From Lama glama (lineage: Eukaryota): DNA of 63,675 nucleotides. Position 1 is the stretch's first letter. Each line of letters begins with the position of its first letter. Below the pieces are notes generated by a model. The model was not told the DNA's origin. It saw nothing but the letters and a program-made list of their open reading frames with translations, and made no database searches. A program made the position numbers and the translations under genes. Shown piece after piece: positions 13,473 through 26,900 of this stretch. The stretch covers positions 17,300,326 to 17,364,000 of the forward strand of contig CM052816.1 of the NCBI GenBank assembly GCA_028534125.1, given 5' to 3'.

Positions 13473-13654
13473 AATGTTTTGGTAATTTTCTATCTTTGCA
13501 CTTGTGGTTCCTGTATCCAGCTTACCCCTCCTCACCTTTGCTGCCTGTGGAATATCCAGTTCAAATGTGCCCTCCTATTAGGATGCCTTCCTGGATTCGT
13601 CAGAGAGGGCTTGTTTCTCTATCTTCTGCCTCCTTAGGATTTAGTATAATTTAG

Positions 13655-13885
13655 TAATTACAAGTGTGGGCTCTAGAGTCACACTCCTTGCTTTCAATCC
13701 TGGCCTGGCTCCTTCCTAGATGTATGACTCTGGGCAAAATGAATTAACTACAGTCCTGTGCCTCAGTTTCTTCATCTGTAATATGGGGATAATATTGATA
13801 ACCTTCATAGGTTGTTAATTAAAAGAGACAATAGTTTAAAGTGCTCAGCACAGTGCTTGGCCATAGTTAGCACTCAATAAACGGT
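13655..13885 (+). mobile_element. MIR SINE
   Basis: gtgcctcagtttcttcatctgtaatatggggataat...agtgctcagcacagtgcttggc...gcactcaataaa. Confidence 0.75.
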
Positions 13886-14327
13886 TTTTTAAAAATTGTT
13901 GTTATACTGGTACTTTGCATAGACCTCTAGTAAGTTCTTACCATCTCATATATTTTTATGCCCTACTGGACCAGGTTCTCTGAGAACACGTGCATATCTT
14001 GTTCACTTTCCTGGCCCTGCGTGTACAAGTTTGCAGTAACTGTTGGTTGAATGCTTTGCTGTAGACATATTTGCCTTTAGAATGGAAATGGGCAACAGAT
14101 AGAGTGAGGAATGCTTAAAACTGGGTTTGTGGGTGATCAAAGACCCAAAGTTGATGTGACCTTGATGTCAGCTGGTTTATCCGCCTCCATGCCTGAGTTC
14201 CTTCTGTGGCCTCTGGGAGCATGGGCAGTGCTTTTATGTCGCCAAGACAGGGCAGGAGGCCATGTGAAAGTTAAATACACCCTTGGCACCACATTCATGT
14301 CCATTTTGTTTTCGTTTTGAACTGTAG

Positions 14328-14449
14328 GTGACATGTCTGAGAGTAAAGCCAAGAAGATAGAAATCAAGGATGTGGATGGGCGGACGCTGAGTAAGCTGAT
14401 TGACTACATCTATACAGCCGAGATTGAAGTGACCGAAGAGAATGTGCAG
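14328..14449 (+). CDS. KLHL3: KLHL3 coding exon (exon 4 equivalent), BTB domain
   Basis: ctgtag|GT ... GTGCAG|gtaaac; 122 nt, phase 1 to 0; (G)DMSESKAKKIEIKDVDGRTLSKLIDYIYTAEIEVTEENVQ. Confidence 0.97.
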
Positions 14450-15164
14450 GTAAACGCAGCCCCTGCTCAGTGTGTCACACACCTAGGGCTCACTGTTTTA
14501 TAGCCTCATTTCACTTAACGCTCACAACAGCTTGGTTGGCAACCGGAGAGGAAACGAAAGCTCCAAAGAGGGCAGGTGACTGGCCCTGGGTCACGTGGCC
14601 AGTAGGAGGTGGGTGAATGACCCTCACACTCCTGCCTACCTGACTGTGGGACCCCTGTTCTTAACCACTAGGCAATAATCCTCTGAATGAGCTTGGGCCC
14701 CAGAACAGGAAGTCTAACTTAACGTTGGTTCCAACTTAGGTGAAGGAAGAACTAGAAGCCTGGTGACCCCAGTCCTCCCCAGGCATCATCGCATCTCAGG
14801 GATTTTTTTGAGTATCGACTTGTGAGGCTGTTAAAAATTTTCCTGTTTCAGTGTTAGTCAGTGAAATACCTCTGAGTCAGTGGAGGTGCCAAGCACCGGG
14901 CCTGAGTCTCAGCAGGGGCATGTGGCTGTGAGACGTGTGGTCTGTGCCTTTTCCTTCCTTTGCCACCTGCCCTCATCCTTAGCCATCTGGAGCCTTGAAA
15001 GGAGGAGCCAGCTAAGACCCTGCTTCACCCATAGGAGTGCGTCTTTACTGTGGACACGTGAGGCATCAGCACCAGCCTCAGTAGGGAAGGTGGTTGAGGT
15101 TGTGGCCCACGCTGGAACCCCACTACCACCAGGGCAAACCCAGACACAGGATACACTCTTTCTT

Positions 15165-15609
15165 TCTTCAGTTGAAGTATAGTTGATCTACAGTGTTGTG
15201 TTAGTTTCAGGTGTACAGCATAGCAATTTAGTTATACATACATATATTTTCATTGTAGGTCATTACAAGCTATTGAATATAGTTCCCTGTGCTTTACAGA
15301 GGGACTTTGTTATTTATCTATTTTGTATATAGTCGTTTGTATCTGCTAGTCCCAAACTCCTAATTTTTCCGTTTCCCCTCCCTTTCCTGCTTTGGTAACC
15401 GTAAGTTTGTTTTCTATGTCTGTAAGTGTGTTTCTGTTTTGTAAATAAGTTCATTTGTCTCATTTTTTTAGATTCCACATATAAGTGATGTCATATGATA
15501 TTTGTCTTACTCTGTTTGACTTATTTCATTTAAATGTGGTCATCTCTAGGTCCATCCATGTTGCTGCAGATGGCATAATTTCATTCTTTTTTATGGCTGA
15601 GTAATATTT

Positions 15610-15664
<55 letters not shown>

Positions 15665-15759
15665 CCACAACTTCTTTATTCTTCTGTTGATAGACATTTA
15701 GGTTGTTTCCACGTCTTGGCTATTGTAAATAGTGCTGCTGTGAACACTGGGGTGCATAA
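15165..15759 (-). mobile_element. L1 3' fragment containing a (GT)25 microsatellite
   Basis: L1 3' UTR motifs; near-perfect TSD gatacact(c/a)tttctt at 15150-15164 and 15760-15774. Confidence 0.85.
15612..15661. repeat. (GT)25 microsatellite
   Basis: Perfect dinucleotide run. Confidence 0.95.
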
Positions 15760-16885
15760 GATACACTATTTCTTGTCATTAAGGATCTTACTATTCAATT
15801 AAAGCGATGGAAATTACATGTGACATGGAGGTTTTTTCCTTCCTTTTTTGTTTTTAAAAACACAATTCCACCTTATGTATTGTGAGACAGATACCTCTCT
15901 GGTGACCAAAATGCCCATTTCCCTTATCCAGAACACCAGCTTCTTTTCCAGGATCGAGGTATTTGGGAGGCTGAATTGATAATCGTGTATTTATCCCCTT
16001 TGGCCCAGATGTTTGAGTGCCCGTTATATGCTACTTTGTTGGGCACTGTGTTTATACCATGGAGCAGAGGTGATTCAGTTGCTTGCTTTCATAGAATTTG
16101 TGGTCCAAGGGTGAAGACAAACACTCAACAAATAAGCACACAAGTAAGGTCTATGCACAGATTGTGGTAAGTCCTTTGAAGGAAAGGAACATGGTGTACA
16201 ATGAGAGAGAAAGGGACTGTTTGGGCGAAGGAGGGAGTCTGGGAAGGGCCCTTTCAAGAGATAAGTTTAAGCTGAGGACTGCAGGATGAGTGGAAGTCAG
16301 CTTGGTGTAGTGAAGGGTCCTCATAAGGCAGGGGTGTCAGGGTGCAGGCAAGCTGAGGGCCCGAGGTGCCCACCCTGCACTGGGGCCTGCAGAGCCTGTT
16401 TCTGTATACAGACTTTTGGGTGGTATAGTTTCTACAGTGGTCTGGCCAAATCCTCAATTTTAAAATTGAGGTATTTTTTATACACAGTAAAGTGCATAGC
16501 CTTTCCATGTTGTTTCTGGTCTTTCCCATCCAGAGTGGAGTAGGCAAGGCCATGGTTACTTACTAGGTCTAGCAGCAGAATTCAAACAGCTGAATGACTC
16601 TTGGGCAGTAATACTAAGTGCAAAGTAATTTAGTATACAATGAATATAGGAGATGTATTGAAAAAAATTTTAAATGGGTGATAGTTGTGTCAAATCACCA
16701 TCAAATTTAAATTCATTTAGGTACTTTTAAGAGTGATATAAATATTGAGACTTACAGAATGCAAGAAATTACATCCTTTGCAATTCTAATGAAAAATGCT
16801 AAATGTCAACCTAAAAATGTACAGAGGGTAAGTAATTTTTAAAAATCTTGCATTAAGATTTATCAGTAACTCATTAATCATATAG

Positions 16886-17350
16886 TGCGGTAGGCAGATT
16901 AATGGCCACCAAAGATGTTCCTATCCTAACTCCTGGAATTTGTGAATATGTTAGGTTGAATGTCAAAGAGAAATTAATATTGCAGATGGAATTAATGTTG
17001 CTCATCAGCTGAACATGTGATGGGGAGATTATCTTGGATTATCCGGGTGGCTCGATGTAATCGCTGGGGATATTTAAATTAGAGAGGGAGGCAGAATAAA
17101 GGGAACTAGAGAGATGTGACCTGACAGGGATCCAGTTTGATGTTTCTGATCTTGAAGTTAGGGGGGCCATGAGCCAAGGAATTGAGGTACCTCTAGAAGC
17201 TTGAAGGGCAAGGAAGCATTTTTTTCTCTCAGAGCCTCCAGAAGGAACTCAACTGTGCTGACACTTTGATTTTAGCCTGGTGAAACCCATCTGGGACTTC
17301 TGACTTCCAGATGTAAGAAAATAAATTTGTTTGTTGTCATAAGTCACTAA
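16886..17350 (+). mobile_element. MaLR solo LTR (MLT1D-like)
   Basis: tgcggtaggcagattaatggcc...gcagatggaattaatgttgctcatcagctga...cctccagaaggaac...gacttctgacttccaga...aataaatttgt. Confidence 0.75.
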
Positions 17351-20300
17351 AACAAAACAAAACAAAAACAAACAAACCCCAAGCATTGTATAGGGGAGGT
17401 TGTAGAGTTGTATGACTGAAACCAGTTTTTTCCTTCCTTTTCATCGTGTATTTATTTAATACCTTTTTTTCTGTAAAGGACCAGGTGTTTACAAGCTTAG
17501 ATAATTAGAAGATGTTCCACTCTGGCTGCTTTTTGTCTGGCTAGGTATTTATCTTTGCAGCCTGGTCTAACCCGGTGGTGATGTCTACAACACCAGGTAC
17601 CTTAAGGCAGATAGCAGCAGATAGCAGAATCAGAGGACTCTGGAGAAAATGGCTTCACTGTTGCTTTCTACAACTCCTCTGTAGGGGTGAGGGCAAGGAG
17701 CCAGAGCGAAGATGCGCATGTTAAGAGTACAGGCAGAGATAGAGATAAGGCAGGAATCAAGTCTGAAAGGAGACCTGGGTCCAGGCCCCAGCTTTAGCGT
17801 CTGTTCAGAGACTCTTATTCTTGCCCTTCCCCACTGCAGGGGTCAGTCTCCCATCTGTAATGTAAGGGCATGGGACTTGGTGACCTCTAGCCAGGGAAGA
17901 GTCTTACTTATTCTGCCAGCCTCTATCCTATTTCCTTCCTAGTGGAACTTCTCTGATCCCCCCACTGACTTCCTGCCTTAAGGATCAGTTTTCTCATCTG
18001 TAGAACAGGAATCATGATAGTACCCATCTGACTGGAAGGTCATGAGTTAAACTGTCTTCGAATCCTGGTTCCACCATTTTCTAGCCGTGTGAGTCCAAGC
18101 AAGGTACTTAACTTCTCTATGCCTCAGTGTTTTCATCTCTATTATAGGCATAGTAATAGTACTTGACTCATTGGGTTGGTGTGAGGATTAAATAAATTAC
18201 TGTAGGTAAAGCACTTAGAAGAGTGCTACCCAGGGCTGGCAGATGTATGGGTGCAGAGAACACGGTGAGCACGGAAGCTCTTTCACTAAGGAGCTCGTGG
18301 TCTGAACGTGGAGACAGATGGCCAAGCAAATGAGTGCCTTCCAGTGTGGTAGAGGCCAGGGTGGAGGTACCCAGGAAGCAGGGAATGGTCATTACCCCCT
18401 TGATGAGGATGGTCTGGGCAGGCCTTACTGAGGGGGCGTTGTGTAGGCTGGATCTTGAAGGAAGGCTGGGACGTCAGACCTGCCTCCTCTGCCCACCTGT
18501 CTTTGTCCCTGCTGGCGTGTGAGACCCCGGTGGGGCCTGCTGTGTTCATGTGTGTGTAGAAGTGGGGAGGGGGCTACATGGGCAAGGGCTCCACTGGGAA
18601 GCACCAGTGTAGACCCTTCAGGAAACTTTGCATTGTTGGGAATCACTGAGACACATGAACTCTTTTCTTTTTTGTCTGTCACTTTAAACTGTGGTTTGTT
18701 CAGGGGTGACCTTGGGGGAAAACAAAACAAAAAAGGTTAAGAAGAGAAAGTTTAGATCAAAATGTGGCTGCTTCTTCCTGCTGTGATGTGTCTACTGAGA
18801 CGGCTGCTCACAAGCTGTCTATGAAGTCAGTGTCTGTTGAGGATATGGTGCACTTAGGAGGTGAGTGTGGAGGCACCGGTGAAATCTAGGGTCAGAGACT
18901 TGAGGCTTGGTTAAATGGCTGGGAGACTATGCCCTGAATCTCTTCCCAGCCACACATACTTGGAAGAGACCGAGTTGTCCTTGTGTGGTGGAGGTAACCA
19001 ATGCCCCATCTCTTATTAATGCTTGTAAACCAAGCATGTGTAGATCACTTCACATGCATTATTTCATTTAATTCTCATAACCACCCCTGGATGGTTCTCC
19101 TGTGACCCTTCTCTTACAGTTGAAGGAACTGATGATCCAAGGGGTTAAATGGTGGAGCTGGGCTTTGAATCCAGCTCTCTCCAACTCACTGTACCCTGTT
19201 GATGTGGTGAACTTGAGTTTCCTGTTAAATGAATGATCAGAATCTTGACTCTATCTCATTATAATTGATCATAATAAAAACTGAGTTTAAAACCCAGTTT
19301 AAAACCCAGTTTAACTGAGCACTCCTTACGCACCAAACACTGGGTTAACTGCTTTAAATGTGTTATCTCATTTGAGCCTCACAACAAGCCTTAAGGCAGT
19401 ATTGTTACTGCCTTTATTTTACTGTTAAGGAGTCAGAAGCACAGAGAGGTGAAGTAATTTGCCTGTAGTCACATGGCTGGCAAGTGAAGTCACAATAGGA
19501 AGAGACACTTTTAATCACAGTGCTCTTCAATTAGCTCTCTTGTTCCATTCTCTCTCTCTCTCCTTCTATCTCTCTCTCCCTTTCTTCTTTCTCTCAGTAG
19601 ATTTTTATTTAGCACTGTTTCTATGCCAGGCCTCATGCCTGGTCCTGGCAGAGGCAGACCGCTGTGTGGCTGGGGGACAGGCCCGGGGCAGCCTTACCCC
19701 GGCTCTCTGGCGGGTGCCCTTCCTGTGTGCACGGCCCTGCCTTCCCGAAATTCCAAGAGTAGGTGCTTTCTGAGGCAGGGCATTTCCTTTTGTTTTTGCT
19801 AAAGGAAACAAATTCTGTGACGGGATATCCTCTGCTGTGTTTTCATGTTATCCGAGGGAGAGAAAAAAACAAAACGGGGCCTGCATGTAAAAAAGTGGGG
19901 GAAGCCATTTGTAAGCTGGAGGGAAACCTGTAAGCTCTTTGCTGAGGGTCATTCCAGGGACTCTTTTTCCCAGAACCAGAATGCTGAGGTGGCGAGGGGC
20001 AAGCTGAAAGCTTTCACCTACGGCCACCTTCCGTTCCTGCACTGGTTCCAGCCACCTGCCCCTTCTCATGTCTCAGCCTCCTTCCAGGGACCAGCCAGTA
20101 CAGCCCTAGTGATTCCCATCAGGACAGAAGGCTTCCAAGTTGAGGCCCTGAGCTTGGCGTCTTGTTACTGCTGCCACTTGAGGGAGTCGAGTTGCAGGCA
20201 AGATAAGAGAAGAGGAAATCCTCTCGCAGCCCTTGAAGTGGGAGAGGGAAGTGAAGACCACCACAGGGATGTTTTGCTCTCTTTTCTTCCATGGCCTCTG

Positions 20301-21054
20301 GAGATTTGTGTTGGTTCTCCTTTGTGCTGCCCCCAGAGCCCCTCTGGACCACACCCCAGTTTATCCCTGAGACTCAGGGTTTAAGCCATGATAAATCCTC
20401 CAGCCTCCAAACTGTCCCCCTCAGCGTTCTGACTCCCCTTACTTGTTTTCACACCTTCCTGTAGGAAGCAAGCAGTGGGAAGAAAACAGCCTTTGACTCA
20501 GAGAATCTCAGTGTATCATCAAAGAGAGGGATGGGGCAGTTAGAGAAACCAGCAGCCCCTTGCATTTTGGGAAGTCAGCTTGAGAGCCCTTTCGGGCAGG
20601 AGCAGATGCAAACAGGATGGGGGCGCCCTGCACGGAGAGGTGGAAAGCCTGATCATTTTTGTCTGCTAAGTGGGTTTTAGGAACAGTAGGGAAGTTGAAA
20701 GCTATGTGGGCAGCTCTATCCAGGGAGTTTTTAAAAACTGAATGTATTACCTAAGGAGTGTATTTATTATTTAACTTCTCTGGCTGGTGGTCACGAGCTT
20801 GAGAATTTGAGCACCAAACAGTGGCTGTCTTTGTGGTGAAGAGGGCAAGAAGAGATGGGGTGTGTGTCTCTGGCGTGATCGCATCTTGGCTTGGCTGGGA
20901 ATGCAATCTGGGGGCATACTGGACTCTCAGAAATTCCTCCTCTGCGCAGCTCAAGGGCTGCTGTCCGTTTCTGCCTCTAATCACACCTGACCCTTTGGGG
21001 GTTGCCACACCTTGGGGCAGGGTCTGTGCTGGACAGCATACAAGTTCCTGGTCC

Positions 21055-21163
21055 CTGGAACTATCCATTCCAGTTTGCATAGGATTGAGGGGTCTCCTGG
21101 GACCCAGGACTTTAGTGCTAAAACTGGCAAAATCTCAGCAAACCAGAATGGTTGGTCAGCCTG
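21055..21163. mobile_element. hAT-Blackjack MITE (MER94/MER81-like)
   Basis: ccagtttgcatagga...ggactttagtgctaaaactgg...ggttggtcagcct; related to the inverted copy at 21752-21843. Confidence 0.55.
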
Positions 21164-21751
21164 TGGCCCTCACTCCAGGGTGCTGGTCAGAGGTTAGTGT
21201 CATGGAGGTCATTTGAGGACTGAGAACACAACTTTCCATTCCTGGTATGAATTCAGTGAGAATGGTTAATGGTTCCCCACTAAACTAGCAGGCAGAGACT
21301 AATCTGGTCCTAGAATCTGTTTGGCTAGGCTGAGCAAGCTCACAGGTTAATTGATTTCCCAGTTTATGGCTGCTCTGGGCGGATGTGGCTGTCTAGTGGG
21401 GATGGAGCTCAGGTGGTCAAATTTGGAGCCTGGCGGTGTTCACTTCTGGTTTCAAACTCCCAAGAGTGGGTGATTTTATCTTTTTCCTTCTCTGGAATCA
21501 AACAGGGGTTCAGAAAATAGCAAGGACGCAATGCTAATTTACTGCTGTCCTGCTGGCACCTGGAGTAGTGGAGAGAGGGCAGAGGAAGAAGAGAGGTGTG
21601 TGTTTTCTATAACTCAGCTGTCGTGAGGGAGAAGTTTGATAAACTTGCAGGTAAGAAGAGCTTTCCTTGTTGAGAGCATTTATTTAGCTTGGGAGCAGGA
21701 CCGGTGACAGCAGAGGCTCTTGGTGGTGACTATGTGTGGACAGGTCTGAGG

Positions 21752-21843
21752 AAGGTGGCTAACCATCCCTGTTTTAGTACTGAGAGTCCCATATCCTGGG
21801 AAGCCCCTCGGTCCTGGGAAAGCCTGGATGACTGGTTACCCTA
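21752..21843. mobile_element. hAT-Blackjack MITE (MER94/MER81-like), opposite orientation to 21055-21163
   Basis: Decayed TIRs aggtggctaacc...ggttaccct; internal gttttagtactgagagtccc. Confidence 0.55.
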
Positions 21844-22845
21844 GTGGTGAGACAAGGCCTGAGAATGCACAGTGGGGTAGTTTTGGGCCTGAGTATATGG
21901 AAGTGAGGAGAGTGAGAGCTGAGGCTCAGAGCTGTTTTGGGGGACAGTTGGCTACAGAATTTAAATCACTCAAAAAAATTTTGTTTTGTAGTGCCCAGAG
22001 TTAAGAAAACAAACATCTGAAGCCTGTGTCTTCCTAGGCAAGCCCGAGTGGGTGGAAGAGCTGGAGTCTGGCTGGCCCAGATAGTCACCCTGAGACCAGG
22101 GGAGCAGCTGAGCGCAAAGGCCCAGGACACAGGGGTTGTTTTGGGGTGAAATGTATGCTGGGGGCCCTGAGGCAAGCAGTCTCAAGCCAGAATGATCTGC
22201 ACTCTGATTTTTTTTTCCCCTAAATTTCTTTTTGTTAAGTCACTCTCAAATCATCTACCCCTTCCACAGGGCAGGGGTGAGGGGTAGCAGACCTGGAGTT
22301 GAGTAGGACCCCGCTGTCTGTCTGTCCTGAGTTTCTGACCCAAGGTCAGGCTTCAGCAGCTGTGGGAAAGTCCTAGGGAACTCGACCTGAGTTGACGATC
22401 TGAGCACCCATCTGGCCTGTTCAAGCCAGTCTTCCCTGGCTTTGAGGAAAAACACATGCGCACATACCTAAGTAGGAACTATTTCTGTCTTCTAGAATAC
22501 AGTGTAAACACTCATGTGTCCCATGACCTTTTAAAAGGAAACTCAATTCTCCTGTCTCTGAGAATGTATCCCAAAATGTTCTTTACTGTTTATCTGTTGG
22601 ATGCAAGAGCAGAGTGCGATTGTCTGAGTCCCTGTGGATTTGGGGGTGACTCTTATTCCAGTAGATGATGAACTCCGTACGATCAGGAGTCTGATTTCTC
22701 TTGCTTACCTACCACTGAGTCCCAGAGGCTGGCACACAGCTGCTCAGTAACTAAGTGGTGAATGAGCTTGTGAGCAAGTCAGTAAGTATCATTCTAAGTG
22801 AAGACAGTAGCTAAAGACTACAGCGCAGTGCTTCTCAAACGTGGC

Positions 22846-22993
22846 TGTACATTAGACACGCCTGGGGAGCTTTAGCATTATCTCACTGACCAGGTCATAC
22901 CCCTTCCTGCTGAATTAGAATCTTTGGGGGTGAGACCCAGGGTTTTAAAAATTTCTCCAGGTGATTCTAATTCATAGCCAAGTAAGAGAACCA
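22846..22993. mobile_element. MER5-family hAT-Charlie MITE
   Basis: cagtgcttctcaaac...tccaggtgattctaat...gagaacca. Confidence 0.7.
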
Positions 22994-22996
22994 ATC

Positions 22997-23345
22997 TGTC
23001 TTAGTCTGCTTGGGCTGTCATTAGGAAATACCACAGAATGGGTGGCTTGCCCAACAGGAATTAATTTTTTTCAGTGTTAGAAGTCCAAGATCAAGGTTCC
23101 AACTGATTCAGTTTTTGGTGAGGGCTCTCTGACTAGCTGGCAGAAGGTCATCTTCTCCTTTTGTCCTTGCATGGTAGAGAGAGAGAATTCTGGTATCTCT
23201 TCCTCTTCTTATAAGGGCACCAGCCCTACTGGATTAGAGTCCTACCCTTCCGACCTCATTTAACCTGTCTCCCAATACAGTCCAAACTGAGGAGTAGGGC
23301 TTCAATATATACATTTTTGTAGGGGACACAAACATTTAGCCTGTA
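22997..23345 (-). mobile_element. MaLR solo LTR (MLT1A/B-like)
   Basis: tgtcttagtctgcttgggctg...gaagtccaagatcaagg...cttcttataagggcac...ggggacaca. Confidence 0.75.
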
Positions 23346-23349
23346 AGGG

Positions 23350-23520
23350 TCTTGCTAGTCAAACTGTGGTTCGTGGACCAGCATCTGCAAGCATCACCTG
23401 GGTGCGCATTAGAAATGGAGGCTCTTGGGCCCCACCCTAAACCTGTTGAGTCAGAATCTGCATATTAATAAGACCCCCAGGGGAATTCGTATACACAGTA
23501 GCCAATGGGAGGCACGCTGC
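23350..23520. mobile_element. MER5-family hAT-Charlie MITE
   Basis: gtggttcgtggaccagcatc...catcacctggg...tcagaatctgcat..taataagaccccc. Confidence 0.7.
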
Positions 23521-23768
23521 AGGCTGCAGGGACACAGAATCTGTTGGTAGTTGGGGTCCACGAAGTAGAGTAGTGGGAAATCAGGCTGGGGCTGCCCTGA
23601 AGGCCAGGCCGGGAAGTTTGGACTTACTTGGGCAGGCAGTGGAGAGCCGTGCAAAAACCTTGAGCCTGGGCATGGTCTGATTAGAGCCCTGCTTCAGGGA
23701 GATGAGGCCCTGGGGGGGGGGGCAGGTGGGGGGGATCCAGCGTTTCAGAATGTCACCCTCTCCTCCAG

Positions 23769-23931
23769 GTGCTGCTCCCAGCAGCCAGCTTGCTGCAGCT
23801 CATGGATGTTCGCCAGAACTGCTGTGACTTCCTGCAGTCTCAATTGCATCCCACCAATTGCCTAGGCATCCGTGCGTTTGCAGATGTGCACACCTGTACC
23901 GACCTTCTGCAGCAGGCCAACGCTTATGCAG
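23769..23931 (+). CDS. KLHL3: KLHL3 coding exon (exon 5 equivalent), BTB end / 3-box / BACK start
   Basis: ctccag|GTG ... GCAG|gtaatg; 163 nt, phase 0 to 1; [54 protein letters not shown]. Confidence 0.97.
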
Positions 23932-26900
23932 GTAATGGGGAGCTGGGCTGCTGCACCTCTCTGAGCTTGTGGATTTAATAACCTGGTCTACGGTGGACTG
24001 GTCCAAGGTGATGAGAAGTGTGCTCTGCTATGAAGCAGTTCTAATTTAGTCAGGGCGACAAGACACAGGTGGAAAGATAATTAACAGTAGAAGAATTAGC
24101 TCATTGCCAAGTAGAATATGATAAATTGCCAGATGAATGGTGCAGACCTTAATTTTCACAAGAGAAGAGGAAGGAGATCTGAGGAGACTTTGTGGGGGAA
24201 GAGTGATTTGAACTTGGTCTTGAAATAAATCTTCGTTGTTGAGGAAAATTTCTATTTTGATCAAAGTGTTCCCTGAACACAATTTTAAAAGTCAGATACT
24301 CTTGTCAGGCTTGTAATAATAAGCCAGAGTCTCCGGCTCTGCCTTCCCACACCGAGTCTTGCTCTCTGGAGCCACTCGCAATTCTCAAAGAATTAAAATG
24401 CAGGTTCTGATTCAGCTAAAAGCTGCTTCATCTGATATTTACCTCCACTTATCTAAATAAAATGTTTGTACCACTCTTTTTTTTTCCACTTATATACTCA
24501 ATTTAGTTTCAACGATAGCATTGATGAAATTCAATGGTGAAAGAACGGTTCCCCCCTACCCCAGGAAGCAGTATAGAGCAAATAGTTGTCTGTAGAGAAA
24601 AACAGAAGAAACTTGTCTTCCCTCCCTCGCAGATGGATCATACATTTAAATGTAAAAGCTAACATCCTGAACCTAAGGGTAGATAAATATTTTTAAAACA
24701 TGTCATAGACAACAACTATGAAGGAAAAAATGGACTTCATCAAAACGGAAGGCTTCTGCTCATCAAAAAGTACCCATTGTGTACTGCTCATTTTGAATTT
24801 ACTGGTTTTATATGTTATCTGTTGATTTCTCACAGGGGAATGAGATTGCACTTTTGCAGACATTCCTCTCATCCACACACACTGTTTCCCTCTTTTATTC
24901 TCCTAACGTCATTTTGACAACTGAGCTACGTTATGTATCATAATCAGCTTTTTTAATCAGAAAACTTTTGTTTTAAATCAGAACAGTAGTTAATAAATGC
25001 CTATTTCTTTTACACAGCGTGTTACAGCCACTAATTCTTGTAAGATGGATACACTGAACTGTCTTCTTAGTATATAAGATCATCTGCTGATTCCATTTTA
25101 TTTTTCTTGGAGATAGTCTCCCCCCTAGAGCTTGTCATCCTGTTGTTTTAATGGGCTTTTGGGAGGGAGTAGAGATGAACAGCCCATCCTGTATAGCTGG
25201 AAAGAAATCTTCATCGCTATTTATTTCAGCTTGAGGATGAAGACCATGAGTTACCTAGGAAACAGGTCTGGTCATGTGAATGGACAGATGCAGTCACGGC
25301 CTCTCCCTCCCTTGCAGTAAAGCACCTCATGGCTGCTGTTCTCTTCTGTGTCTCCTGTCCATCCAGTGCCTGGAAATTAACCGAGGGCCTGCCGGCTGCT
25401 TACCTGTGCTGCCTGTGCCCCTTGGTCCACAGGTCAACAAACATTTCTGTTTTTCAGCCTCCTTTTTTGCTCTGATCAAGCCCCAGACCCCAGGAGCCTA
25501 TGCAGACTCTCATTTCTTCCTGAAGTCTGTTTCTAGGGATACACATGGGGCCAGTTTTTAGGATGATGTCAGTGATGATTTTTGTGAAGAACATTCTCCA
25601 GTTGTCCTAGTTCTGAATTCCTCTGACTCTTCCAGGTCCTGAACCTTGACTCTCTTGTTTCTCTACTGTCCCTCCTGTGCCCCCTTTTCCCAGTGCTATT
25701 CCCCACCTCCTTTCTGTTCTCAGGGAACCCTCTCTAGTCTCGCCTTTGAAGAGGCCACTTTCTTGAGGGATGTGCTCAGACTTTGCTTCAGTAGGAGCCA
25801 AGAGCTTGGCCCAGGTCAGTGTGTCAGCATCTGCTGGTGCAGTGGCAAAGGGAGAAAGTGCTTAGATGCCAGGAGTTCTGTCTCTCTTCCTTGTCTCCCT
25901 CCCCTCGCCTCTCTCCCCACCCCCTGCCCTCTCCTCCTGCATAGGGTGTTCATGCTTGCGTGCATACACAGCACATAGCACATCCTTTGCAGTTGGCTGA
26001 CAGTGTCGTCAGAGGTTTGGGCTGTGTATTGAACCCCCACCTTTAACAAAGGCTCCCAGGTTCTTCTGTCCAGGTTTTCCCCCACTTTCACAGTCTGTGT
26101 TTTTTACCTTGGCCCCTTTCACTGTATGATGGTGAGACTCACCTGTGGGAGAACAGGAAGGATGCAGTTGGGAGCACATTATTGTCCTGGTGCTCCCTGG
26201 TCCTGACGTGGGCAGGGTGATTGGGTTCTGCAGCGTGTGTGTGTGTGTTGGGGGTTGTGGTACGTGTGTGCATGCAGTGTCCTGATGAGTTACTTCTAGC
26301 TAGCATTTACTGAGCTCTCACTGTGGGTCACATCCTATGCAAAGCATTTTATGTGCATTTAATGCAGACAACAACTGAGGAAACTAAGGCACAGAGAGGT
26401 GAAGTCATTTGTTGGGGTCAGCTTGTAGAGACAGAAGCAGAATTCAGACCCAGACAGTGTTTACTCCAGAGCCATTGTTTACACTTACTATATTCTGTGG
26501 CTTCCAGGCCCCATTTGGTCATAGCATGTAACTGGAGTGTTGGTGGCTGGAGCTGGCATTTTCCATCGGAAGCGTGAGCCTCAAAGTCTGTGCCATGTAG
26601 TTACCAAATCCCAACAACCAGACAGTGTAGACACGCAGCCAGCTGTCTCTGCTAGACGCGGGGTGTTGAGTCATCGTGGGGTGGGGAAGTGAGATGTGGA
26701 AGTCTTCTCTTCCCCGCTGGGAGGCTGCCCCCTCGCTGCCTCCTAGTGAGGCCTCCTACTTTCCCTGGCTCAGGCAGCATGACTTCAGGCTGAGAGCCTC
26801 CTCCCTGTCGTGCAGGCTTTATGTGGAGCCTGGGACCAGCTCCTGGATAGCTTCCTTTGCAGCCCTCAGCTGTGTGTAGCGGGGAAGATAAAAACCATCC

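Noticed and set aside
16560..16885. AT-rich block resembling a DNA-transposon fragment split by the MLT1 LTR (also 42145-42410)
   Set aside because: I could not assign a family or termini by eye
19284..19314. agtttaaaaccc x2.6 tandem repeat
   Set aside because: Short local slippage repeat with no spacers; not CRISPR-like or telomeric
19845..20384. Longest ORF in the track (179 aa, + strand)
   Set aside because: No recognisable domain, no exon-like boundaries linked to KLHL3, and a length compatible with chance in GC-richer intron sequence
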